Source: Lingula anatina | Lineage: Eukaryota > Animalia > Brachiopoda | Assembly (NCBI GenBank): GCA_051362555.1 | Contig: CM120640.1 | Location: 52,058,788-52,122,787, forward strand | Length of the DNA stretch: 64,000 nt | Direction of reading: 5' to 3' | In this document: positions 41,404-54,695 of the stretch, piece by piece | Layout: every line of letters begins with the position of its first letter | Numbering within the stretch: position 1 is the first letter of the stretch | The notes under the pieces: generated by a model | Databases searched by the model: none | Seen by the model: the letters and a program-made list of their open reading frames with translations, nothing else | Told to the model about the DNA's origin: nothing | Translations under genes and position numbers: made by a program

Positions 41404-42070
41404 TACCATTGCACCTAAAACCTATCTGTAGTTTGGCCATTTGCTTGAACTATTAGCACTCCTTTTTCACATACATAACATTGACCCAAAACATGATGTT
41501 GTGTTGATGGACATAAATCTTATTTATTGACAATTTATCAGAAAAACTCCATTAACTCTATATGGATATTTGCATAACAAGAATTCTCACTTCTGAAATC
41601 TCTTTGAAGTGTCTTTAAGGATAATAAGAGGACACCCACCATGAGTTAACCAAATGGACAGCCTGTACTTTTTTTTATTGTGATTGAGCATTCTTTTAAG
41701 AATTTTAATAACATACATAGGTCCTGAGGTCTAGCCAAATACCTGCCAATAAAAAAATTACATGTAATGCAATACCCCAATGGATTGTTGATATATTGAA
41801 TGTGAGGCTTGGTCCTTCCTCTAACTTTAGTGAATAAATTACGTAAAAAAAATTATCTTTATCAGATCATTAGTCAATGCATGAAAAAGATAGGAAGGCA
41901 CCATTAAGTAAAACCCTATTTGAAAATGTTTATGATGTGTGATAGATTAACAAAAATATGTTTTTTTTCTAATGTGAAGTATAAATTACAGTACATAAAG
42001 TACCCTTTTATTACTTTAAATTACTTCAGAGAAAAACTTCATCAGCTGTGTTATATTATAAGAATGAAGT

Positions 42071-42230
42071 AATTTTATTTCAGTCAACAGCTTAAAATTG
42101 AAACAGTTTTTACCTCCAATATTTCGATGTCTAGCATAACATCTTCATCAGGGAATGAGGCTATTCAGGTGAATCGAAATATCAGAGGTAAACACTATTT
42201 CAATATTAAGCTGTTGACTGAAGAAAAATT
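42071..42230. mobile_element. Inverted-repeat pair of probable Penelope-like retroelement terminal-repeat fragments
   Basis: Arms 42079-42128 and 42173-42222 are reverse complements at 45/50 positions and enclose a hammerhead core. Confidence 0.55.
42115..42155 (-). ncRNA. Minimal hammerhead ribozyme-like motif
   Basis: Minus strand reads CCCUGAUGA-A-GAUGU-uaugcuag-ACAUC-GAAAUAUUGG: conserved CUGANGA and GAAA boxes around a perfect 5-bp stem II. Confidence 0.5.
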
Positions 42231-44940
42231 CTTTTGAATTACTTGTTTTTCTGAATAATTGCATTTTTCATGTGGGCCATCTAAATCAGTACAGACTCTA
42301 CAGTTGTACCTGAAACGGTTCCATGCTTTAGGCACAGAATTACGACCACTGCATGTAATGGGTTATGAAGCCCCCTCCTCTTTTCCACCTCCATTAGAAA
42401 ACATCATTATTAAACCCATAACTGATGGAAGAAGAAATGTTGGTCCCAGGTCTTTAGTAGTTTTTTTTTTCTTAGAGACTAGGGCTATCTGGGCTCGGGG
42501 TAAACATCTCATGGGGAATTTCTATCGCTCATCACTGTCATGGAAGTAAAAATATATCGCTTTTAAATTTATGATCTTAGAATAATGACCAATTTTCTTT
42601 TGTTGTGAAGGAGACTTGAGATTTAGTTGATGCAAACAAAAAATTCTTCAACACCAGACAATATAATTCCTAACAAAATGTGATCAATGCCTCTTTTGTC
42701 ATTCTATATTTCAAGTAAGATAAAGATCTTTCTCCAAAGGTATTTGAGGGCTTGGTCAGTCGATTATTCAACCCAAAAGATTGCCATCATACTTATATTT
42801 TCTTTCAAGCATGCTGCTCTCCAGGTTGGCCCCTTGTTAAACAAACAGATAAATGAAACCCAAACTGACAGATAGAATAATCCCATATCAAAAAAAAAAA
42901 AAAAATAAAATAATAATAATAATAATAATAAATAAAAAATGTTACTAATTGCTTACTTTTCCATTTTTTCTGCTGCATATCATTGTACGATAAAAAGATA
43001 AAACAAAATGTGCTTACATGCAATGAAAGATGTCCAGTAACACTTAAAATGCATTTTCAACAATTTACACAATATTTGCCCTCTTGCAACTTTTAAATAA
43101 CAATAACAGGTTAGGGGAAGTAAAACGCAACTGGAAATTCTTACATACAGGAACATTTGATAATTATTTGATGGAGCATGCTGACATCTGTTGATTTTAA
43201 CTTGTGTCTTCAAAGATTTTTTAAAAAATAAAATGTACCATTAAATATACCAAACAAATCATATTAAATCTTTCTAGCAAGAGGGATGTAACTTTACCTT
43301 GTTCTAGGTTTAAACAGTACCACAGATTAGTACACTTAAAAGCATTCAGTATAGCTAGACTGTCCTTGTAAAAGGGGGAATTATTGCCTTCCTGCTACTT
43401 TGGAATAAATGATGAACTGCCTTGAGCAGGGCGAATCAGAGGATTGTTTTATTTTAATTGGATGAAAAAGATTTTTGCTTTTATTTATTATTATTATTAA
43501 TTTATTTTATTTTTTTTTATTAAGAATATCATCAACAATTTTTTGCCAGTCATGACATTCTTTTACTTTAATTAGATCCAAAGCTTTTTTCCTTCGTTAG
43601 TTTTTACAAATAGGCTGCATTTTTGGGTAAATCAGATGTATTACTACTATTTCATTTAAAAAATAGTTTCACAGGTAGAAAATATAGGGTCTGTCACAAA
43701 GACAAAAATCAAAATGGAACTTAGAGACAAAATATGCTGTAGGTAAGCCAAAAAACCAAGTTGTACCACAAATGTGAACACCGTGAGATCAGCACTGTCA
43801 ATAAAACCACAGGAATCCACTCACAGATTGCAGGGGATTGCCACAAATGGTGACATCTCTGCATTCACACACCACTCTGGCATCATAAATGAGGCCACAA
43901 TGAAGTGCCATTACAACAAGAAGCCTTTAAAAAGATGGAAAATAGTGAAGTTTAAAAACACATAATTTATTATCATGGATGCTTGAATTTATCTACCAAT
44001 TGTGTATATTATGTGAAATAATACATCAGCCATGCTGGCATGTTGGGGATGTGTCACAAGTATAATATCTGGCTGGCAGACAGGGAGATGCAATTTGCTG
44101 AGCAAAGAGTCCTACAGATGTGTATCTTAAAAACAGACATGTTCCAGGTCAATGCACAGGCACAGCTGACGTTGACACTTTTGACAATTGCGTGTCATAA
44201 AAGTTAATGCATTATGAAAACTGCACAGCTTTGGGTCATCCTCCCTATGCATGCTTGTTACAAGAGCATAAGGAAATAGCAAACATTCATCTGCTGAATG
44301 CATATTTTTTTTGCAATAGAGATAGAGATATACAGTGAAGTGGCACTTTTCTATGACAGAGACAACAGTGGGGTAAAAGATGAGCTGCACCACATGGATT
44401 TTATTTTACATCATATAAATGTCATTTAAACAGCTGGGATAAAAGCCACTCATTCAATATTTAGTTAATTTATTCATTTATTATGCTCTATCATTTTTAA
44501 CCAGTGAATATACAAAAAAAAAAAAATTATTTAGATCAATAGCAACCATAATGCTATACAAGCATTCTGGGTGGACCGTATTAATACATGAGCAAATTGA
44601 CCTTTTAACTACATCATAACCCACATGTTATTGCTGACATATTAAAGCCCCTCTTTCGCAAAATTGAATAAGAATAACGGGCAGCCTGGTATCTTGAATG
44701 TGAGTCCCCTGAAGATGATTCAAAGTGGATTTAATATCCACAATGTGCCTACCAGTAGAGTAATTGCATAAAAATCTGTATCTCAGTTTGCCACTGCAAC
44801 TGTTTGCAAGTGGAAGCCTGACGTAAACCTCTCTGATTTAAATAACTGTATTGTGTAAAAAGACAAGAGTGTTTCAGTGAAATTGCATTGGGGTTGACTG
44901 ATTTAAAAAAAAAAAAAACTGGTGGAATAGTTCCAGTCTA

Positions 44941-44981
44941 TTTTTTTTTTTTTTTTTTTTTTTGGGGGGGGGGGGGGGGGG
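44941..44981. repeat. Abutting homopolymers T23-G18
   Basis: Seen directly. Confidence 0.9.
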
Positions 44982-46557
44982 AGTATCACATCTCAACAGA
45001 CAGCCACAAGGCAATATGACTTCTAACCAGCCCCACAGCTCTGCAAGGGCCTTACTAATTTACAGTGGCAGAAGCGAGACGCAAAATGGATTGGACCGAC
45101 TCCCTGTGGTTAGTTACTGGTAATCATACAATCTTCTAAGACATTACATACTATAGGTATATAACCATGACAACTGAACTAAAAATTTCCTCTTAGGCTT
45201 CAGACATTCATGTACAACATGGCAATATCTACCTTAACATTGCATGTCAATAAAGAAAAAGCCACACAAGTGTAGAGAAAAAAAGAAAAGTGGTGATTGA
45301 TTACTCTTATTGCACACCAACTTCCTTTGATTCTTTAATCATCCTTTATTGTTTCAAGATCTAAAATTAAATATCCTGCCCACAGGCAGTGAACTACAAG
45401 CAATAGTTCCACTTTTATTGAACTACGCCTTATTAACTGGAGCATGAATTCTCCATGCCACGCTTCCCTAGCCATCTGCAACCATTGCTTGAACCACGAC
45501 CCATGGCATTTTGTCATGAAAAGAACAAATACTGTGCTAGTTAGTCCTTCTTTGTAACTCACCACACTCAGCTTTAAGTACACACATTAGCAATATTAAT
45601 CCTCCAGGATGCAATTTAGTTAAATTTGAATCAATACAACAGAAACAAGTTAGTACATCCTCTTAGTACCAGTACTGCCTTAAAAATTATTGCCCATGTT
45701 GTGCAGTATTGCACGCAAGCTCCCATCTTATCAATCATACATGTGGCTGCTCTTATTTGTACGACCGGTAGATGAGCGCATCCCACAAGCAAGACAAACC
45801 AGTTTTGATGTATGTGGTGGGAACAAAGAGTTCACAGTCCCTCATAATTTTAAATGGATCAGGTCAGGCAAACAGACAAAAATGTTAAATAATAAAAGAT
45901 CTTGAGAAAGTTAACAAAGATCATCCCACATATCTAAAAGGAGCAAAGAACACCAAAGATAAGCATATCCCAAAAGTCAAATAATTATGACATCATGAGG
46001 CTATCATTATAGAATAAAAAATCACACAATGCATCTAATGACCCTAAAAACCCTGTCCTTGGCTCTTAGAAAAATACATGAATCACAATCTTGAAAAAGT
46101 ACTTGGTACAATTTATTTTGCCATGTTTTACACCAATGCCATCAAACTTACTAGTTCTACAAGTGAGAAGCTACATCATTAAAGGTAAGAAAAAGTGATA
46201 AGAACACCTTAGGTTACCACAAACACGTCAGGTACTATGTCTGGTGACCTGATAAACGCTACTAGGTCACATGTGAAAAACAGTTACATGCTTATTATCT
46301 GACTCCACTGATTCAACTGCACATCTCTGGAACATCTACTTACACAGGTTATCCCTGAGACTAGAACTGTATTCCTTTCACCCTAAAAACCTCAATAAAA
46401 TATCATAAAAATTGCATCTTCTACACCTCAAAAGGCTTTCAATTTACAATTTATTCATCAAAACATATCATTATAGCACTAGAGGGAAAATTCAGTAATA
46501 CATTTAGTATGATCAGCAAATTTGTATCTCAGCAGTGTACAATTACACTTTCTCTAA

Positions 46558-46660
<103 letters not shown>

Positions 46661-49597
46661 AGACAAAAGTTGAAAATATTTGCAATGTAATCAATATTTA
46701 ATAGCTCATCACCCACATAAAAACACAGGCAAGTAATGACTGCCCAATTTCCTTTAATAAAGAAGAGTTCAGCTGAAATTAGCCCATATTTATAGTTTTC
46801 TTCAATCTTAATCTATCTATTCTTTTTCACTTTTATGATCTTTTTTATTTATTTCATTATGTTTTTTGACATTTTACATGAAGTAAAATTTTGCCAGTTT
46901 AATATCTAATTTTTGGAAAAATCAGGTCAACAACTTACAAAAAATATGAGTGATGATAAAACCTTCATACCACATTTTGGACATGAAACATCAAGTAAGG
47001 ATTAACAACTAGGAATACTTGAGACCAATTAAAGTTAAAACTAAATCTACACAATAACTTTAATGTAGCCCTTATGCAGCCAATATGGACAATAAGTTTC
47101 CATTTGTACAACATTACTGATTTAAAAATGAAACCACATTATTGGTACATACATTTTTATGACTGTAACATGTGTGGTTCCATCTAACAAAATGTAAGTG
47201 TTTGTCTTGAAAGACTCTTTTGATCTTCACATAACTGTCAAAATATCTGCCGCTCCAGCTTATTTCATACTCATATGAAAAACACCAAAATGCACACACA
47301 GGATAAAAAGGTGTAACTGGACGAAAGTTAAAGAGGGACTAAGAACAAAGCCTAAAACATGATTCAAAATGATGTTAACTGACAGAATTTAATTCCAATT
47401 TTATGTAACATATTTTCTTTTATGAGCATAGATTTGTATTAAGCGATCAGTTTCAGGAGGGGGTGAAAGTAACAGTAAATGGCTTTACAAGAGAATTATT
47501 TAAAAAAAAACTTGGACCTTAAACTCATGACATCTAACGATGTGTACTAGGACAAAGACTTAGCTTATACATCTGAATTTATGCATCTAAAAATAATACT
47601 TAAAGAGGGACTGCTGGAGCAGTATATCTTTCCTCCGCATGTCCAGAGCACTGCAATTTATGACCTTACTATTTCACAGATACCAAATATTGACATGCTG
47701 TCACTGTGGGATTCAATTAGTCTATTGTAATTTGACTAGAGGTTGGTAATGAATTTGTACAAGAGTATCATAAGCACAAAGTCATATAATTCATTTGTTG
47801 TCCTATCACTTAATTTCTCCCTGTAGACTTGTGCAATTGTGCAATGCCACACCAATCTGATTCTCCCTGGACCTGTCCTCAGACCACAGATTGCAGTGAA
47901 TAGATTTCTCTGTAGATCTATAATAATGTAATTTTGACAAGTAACACTCTGCAAAGATGTCTGGCCTGGGGGACCAGTAGAACTGTGGCACACTGCAATC
48001 ATCTAAAACATGTGATCCATGACATTTTCTACCTACACGTATTGTTTGATAACACGAAAAACCAACATTACTAATAATTTTCACTTTGTACCAAACAACT
48101 TAGCAGGGTAACCTTTAATTGAACAAACAAAAAATTCTGACATTATCATGAAAACTTTTTGGCTGTTATGTGATGTTATTTCTATTTTAGGCCCACATAG
48201 CCGCTAGTTATTTTTACTATGCCAGATCATCCAGCCATAAATTATTCCCGTGATGGGAAGATTCATCATGCAAAACACCTCTGTACCATGAATTTCAAAT
48301 AACTACTCAATGTAACTCATTAGAAGTACAAAGAACTTTTCAGATAAAATGTTTTGTTTGGAACAATGTGAAGGGAAAAGTTTATGGCACTGACAAGAAG
48401 AAAAACCGTAAGTAAGTATTTTTTTAACTCTCCACAACTAAGACTTTGGTCAAATTTCATTCATTCATTATTTTCACAATTCCAAAACACAGATACTGAA
48501 GAATAAAGTACAGTATTTCTACTTTTATTCTTGCAGTTTTACATATTTCATAATTAACATTAATGAATAACTGCATTTGCTATTTTTCTAAATCATCAGT
48601 GAATAACCAATTTTAATTGTTAAAAAAAAACAGAAAAAAGTATTAACAAAATATAACAATGCTTTCTTAACAATACCTTATAAACAAGAGAAAGGAAACT
48701 AAATAGACCAACAATAAAAAAGTGTAATTGGTGGTTAACATCAACAATTGTGGTGCCTCTGCTCTTTCTCTTCAATTATACATAATTTGTTTTTTGACAT
48801 GCAATATACATGTTCACCTGACTCTCCAACAACTGATGTCATGTCCGTCCTATTCATTAGTAGTCAATAACCTACCAGGAAAAAGTGTGGACATGAAAGT
48901 TTTGCGTTATTTGCTCCCAAGGGAAAACCATGGTCTGCACATATCAAATTATTACATTTCTATTAATATTAATACCATAGGCTACTTCAGGCAAGGGTGC
49001 AGACATAGTTCTCCCCTGGAGGGTAAAGTATCCAAGAGGAGAGTGACTTTATGCATGCGACAGTGAACTTCACACAATCACAAGGCAGCAAGTCATAGGA
49101 CTGGAAACTGTAGAATTATCCATTTTTTCTCCTTGTCTTAACCTTGTACGCTCAGGATTTACAGAAATATTAATATGATACCTCTTTAAATGTCTTAAGG
49201 AAACCAAACTACAGTTAATTCAAATCATTAAACATGAATATATTCTAGACTTAGGTGTAATGGCACAATATTCAGGTGTGTCACAACTTCAATTGGTAGA
49301 ATGTGAACTCCTTGGTAAACATGCTCAATAAAAGATCATTTTTATTTGACAAGTCTTTTTGTTTTAGATACATTAAATTAAAGACACATGGGAATGTTTG
49401 CATATAACTTAATTTAATGTCGGATTGTCTGGTTTATGTACACCATGATGATCCCAGAAATTTCATTAACTAATTATTTTTCCGTTCCTTTATCTTTTCA
49501 TATTTAAAATGCTTTAAACTCAACTCCCTTCACTTATCAACTATCCCCTGCAACTCCCATTCCGCAGTAATCCTCAAAAACAAAACCAACCAGATGT

Positions 49598-49782
49598 TCA
49601 CATTCTGCAATCCTCTATAAAATCTATGAAGTCATTCAATCTTTCCTCCTCCCTGTACTTGTCACACAGGGAGACAGTCTTGGTGAACTCCACAGTTTTT
49701 GTATCATAGTAGATCTCCAACACCTTGATGCTCTGCAAAGCTTTAATAGCATTCTTCAAGCACTCCATAGAAACACTTTCAG
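49598..49782 (-). CDS. GPAM: GPAT1 coding exon 21 (last; AESVSMECLKNAIKAL...DFIEDCRM*)
   Basis: Acceptor TTTTAG, phase 1; stop TGA at 49600-49598. Confidence 0.85.
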
Positions 49783-52700
49783 CTAAAACATAAAATTACA
49801 TAATTTTTATAGCCTTCTCTACAGGTTATGCCCTCTTAACTGAAAAAACTGTCAAATGTAAATCTGATAAGTGTTTTGCTTGATTCACTCAAGAAGCATT
49901 ATTTTAAGAATTCTATTGAAATAGAAATTTCATAAGAAACACACTACTTAACATCTCTTACCAAATTCTGCCACTCCATCTTCAACTCTGTCTAAGGCAA
50001 TTTGATGAATAGTACCCAAGAACTCATTTTCTGAAATGCCAAGTTAATATTCAGAAACCACCCTTTTAAAACTAAAATCATCATGCAAAATGATGATTAA
50101 AAGATAAAATAAAATCAAAATCTGGATATCATTGTAAATAAAAATATTATCTCTCCTCAATCAGAAATACAAAGCACTACACTTGTCTATCAATTTTCTT
50201 ATCACAGAAAACAAAGCCATCCTTTTGTTTCTGTTTTTACCTGGCATATCCTCTTTCAAAAGCCTGGTCAAGGACTGCACTACTATCCAGTAAGACTCAA
50301 TATATGGAGCCAGGACAGTCAGTAAGAAGTTGAAGCGATTATAGCAGTCAGGTTCATCTAGAAGAACCTGAAATTAACACCAAAAATTAATGACACCACT
50401 TTTCTAATCCACTGCATTAAATAATACTGAAAGGTCTTGTGTATAAAAAGATTGTAAAAAGCACTTCAAAACAACTTGCATTCTGCAAAGACATGTTTCC
50501 CTTTTGCTTAACATTTTAGTTTGTGGTAGAGCACAGCAAGAATGTGACCTGATCAGTTGCTGCTTTACCTAACCAGTATTTGAAGGTCCCCACCTGCAAT
50601 TTCTTAAATGCAACCTCTTCCTCCTCCTCTTCATCTGAGCTGTATTCATGCATCTTTAAACTGGAGGCAAACCTTTTTGCCCACTGCATTTCCCTGGAGT
50701 CAGTGTATGCAGAGTGGATGGAGGATTCCTCTTCTCTCAAGATTTCATATGTGATCAGCTTATCCATGGCACTGCTTAGCTCTGTCCCAAGACTTGTGCA
50801 AGGCTGTAGAAATGCAAAAAGCATTTTTTTCTATGCTACAGTAAAACCAGGATCTGTTGGATGAAGCTGTGCTAACTTAAGTTCCATTTACTCATCACCT
50901 TTCCTTAAGACTATTATCACATGTTATCTGAAAACTCTGACTTCATCTTATTTACTTATTTTATAATATATTTTTTTAATATTTGCATTCCAAACATAAT
51001 ATCAAGGGAACAATTAATGAACAAAAGTAGGATCAAGTTGGTAAATATTCATTGCTTAAGCAGTCACTTATCAAGGGCTGTACTGCAATGAAGACTTACT
51101 GGAACAAATAAAAACTCATACTGCAGCAGTGCACACAGCCTTTGAGCTTTCTCCATGACTTCATCATGAGAAACAAAAACATCTGTTGTAGAAATGTGGC
51201 GAATGTCAAGATCATCAGAGGCAACACCATACACTGTTGTGGCTGAAAATAATAGCAACAGACAAGATAAAACAAACACGATGGTTATCTGTTGGAAAAA
51301 TGTCATGTCAATAAAATAATTAGACAAAACATCCATCATTTGCTGACGCTCATTGGTTTTCCAAAACAACATAAAAGATAAAGCAATAATTCAATTTCAG
51401 ATGGTCAAAATACAATGAACTTCTTTTCTTTCAATAAAAATGCTAAAAAAACTAATGATGCTTAAAGGGATAATAACTCTTCGTTTTGGCCAAAAATGAA
51501 TTTTCCTGGAGTAAACAACAATTTTCCCATACTTGCCAATGGTTAATGACTCCATTTTTACATTCAAAGTTAGTCCCTGGTTTTTTTCTAAAAAGTTTGG
51601 TTTTTTGTTAAAATCTCTTAAGAGATTTTAACAGAGTATAGCCATCAATGGTCTAAAGACAAGCTCAGATATCAGAATAATAGTTATAACTGCCGTTTTT
51701 GTGGTTAAACAGAATATATTATATTTCTATGAGCTATACACAATGTTTTTATTGTGAAATATAGATATTATACAAAGAGTTATTATCCCTTTAATAATCT
51801 TTATTTCATTTCATCAATTTTTATTATTTTTCTTGGCAGGCAAACTGACGAATTATAAAACCTGCAACCATATACCATGTCTCAACCATAAAAAAAAAAA
51901 AAAAATTAAATTAAATAATAAATAAATAAATTTAAAAAATAATAACATCTGTCGCTGCAGTGTCTCTGGATAATCCCTGTTTAATGTACTGCTTTCACAA
52001 ACTCTGATCACCATAATTAGATACTATCCTTATTTTTTTATGGAGCCCTCAAAGACTAAATTTAGCTTCTTTCATCATTTCACAAAACAGAGATACAATA
52101 AAGAAACTGTGCCACACAAATTATTGATTAACTCCACAGTACAAGTGTCTAGAAAATGCCATATCCAGTCTTTTTGTACTCCAACTTATCAACCCTTCTG
52201 AAGAAATTCCCAAGTTATAAAAACTGATTTCCATTTTACATTGTAAATACATAACCGCAGCCTTTAAGGAAGCAGGAAAGCAAACCAAGTGTAAAGTATT
52301 CTTAAATGAAGAGCTATAAATTGTTCTTTAGGAGAATGTGACACTTGCATTAATGGTCTTTTGGTAATTTAAAGCTTCTTTTAGAGATATTAGGCCAAGC
52401 TATATCAACATCATGGCCAAATGACAAATGTGCTTTTATTACTTTTACAATTTCCTGAAGTACAATGTTCCAAACCGAAGTTCAGATACATGCACTCTTG
52501 TCAACTGTAAATAGCTTTAAAGAAAACCTTTTCTACAATCTCATATAATATCAAAATTGGAAATCCCTATTCTTGATAAATAACATTCAGGGAGACAAAT
52601 TTGTCAAAACTGTTCAATTTCTTAACTTTTTATCCAGTTATTCATATGCTTCACAATACTTGAGAATAACCAAATCATTTAAATAATGTTTGTGTAAAAC

Positions 52701-54643
52701 TCAAGTACCATATATTTATAGGACATGAGAATTTCTGAATATCCCACCTTTTTATGCTATATCAGCATACATCAATTAAATCATTGATCAATAGAACTTA
52801 AATTCATGAAGTATAAATAACCTAAATGGCAGCAACACACTTTGGCCTAAATAAAACGCTTTCTACAGATTAAACATATAGGAATGAAAATCATATGCTA
52901 AGTCAAACTCCTAATTGGGTAAAACTGTCAATCTTCATTAAATTAAATCATCAAAATATAAAACAGAAATTCATTTTGAAATTTAACATGTCACAAAGCA
53001 CTGATTACACTTACAAGACCTTGCAAACAGATATCTTTAAATGATATAATAGTATTTGGCATGTTAACCAAATTATCATGAATTATGTCCAGGCCCTGCG
53101 CAGTAAGGTTTAATGAGTCAGAAACAAAATATGTTATTTTTTCAAGATAAATTACAAAACTGGGTTTTGAGGTGTTGTCACCAGTTACTGAGTCAGAGTG
53201 CAGATAAAGGGAGCAGCATTGTTCTCTTTTATAAACCCAATCATACTAAGATTCTTCATGTGAGCATTAAGGCATGTTCACAGAAAGACCAACTAAAACC
53301 AAGTATAGACTGAATGGGGCCATTCAGAAAAGAAGATTCGAGTATCAACTGGTCCAAAGCTCAAATATGGCCCTACATGAAAAGAAGACCACTTAATCCA
53401 GTAATGGTCTCCCTGCCTCACACACGCCTCCCCACGCATCTGGTCAAATGGAGTGAGAGATTTATTTACTGTGGCTGAGAGACCATTACAGGACAGTCTT
53501 CTTTTCAGGTAAGGTCCGCCATCCCAGATGGTTGAGGTAAGTTTGGCGTTAACAATTAAGAGGAACTTTCACACCAGTCACCAGTGACATTCCTGTCAGA
53601 GACCAATCAACTTTTATCCCTGCACTCAGTCAATCAGTTATTCATTAATTAAATCTTGTCAACAAAGGAGCATGCAGAGCAACTGTGGGAGAGACCTATT
53701 GCTGGGAAGGACTTTTTGACCAGGGTCATAAATGAAATGTTTCTTTCAATTTAAAAACCAAGATATGTACCATTTCCATATTTTTTTAAAAATCCCACTG
53801 ATTGAGAAAGGTATTGGACAAAAATAAATTAATGAATTAAATTGTGTTAAGTGCCTCGATCATTTCTACCTTGCTTTGAGAAAGTGTCTTGTTTCTGATA
53901 TAGTTGGTTCACTGGCATACATTTAATACATGCCTATTATACTTTCCATAAGGAAGACACTAATGGCTCCACTGGCGTAGTATCTGAGTTCAAATACATC
54001 AGGCAAGCAGGTCACTGGCTCAAAATACATCAACTCTGTGCCAATGCTATCCTCACTGCCAGCAAGACTGCAAAATGAAAAATTAAATCATCACTCACCC
54101 AGACATAAAAATATGTTACAAAAGAAAAGTAAATATTCACCAAAGAAACATACTTCTCTAGAATCACCTCAGATCACTTCGTACTAAATGCGATTAGTAC
54201 TTCAGTTTAAAACTTCAAGACAGTATAACAGAGAATAACATAACCAAGGGACCAACCTGTCATCAGCTTGCACACTGTATTTCTTCACCACGTTGTCCCC
54301 TAGAACATCTGCCGCATACTGTATGACAGTTGGTGCCCTTCCAACAAAACCAACATCTCTTCCTCTGAATGTTATCTCCTCTTTCAGCCATTCAAAACTT
54401 TGTACAAGCTCTTCTAATCTTGCACCCTATGAATCAGAAAAGGAAATGCTGGATTTTAACAAAATATTAACATAAAGCAAAGATGACAAATATACACACA
54501 ACTGACAGGAAGAAAGTAATTCCCATTCCTCCATTTAAACATTACTTGATACCTGCCATTTAACTAATGAAAGCTATTCACCAAATATAAAGTAATACAA
54601 AAATATGTTTTGGCACTCATATAGTAAACATTACCTAAAAATC

Positions 54644-54695
<52 letters not shown>

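Noticed and set aside
50580-54475. + strand ORFs 50580-50864 and 54293-54475
   Set aside because: Antisense shadows of GPAT1 exons.
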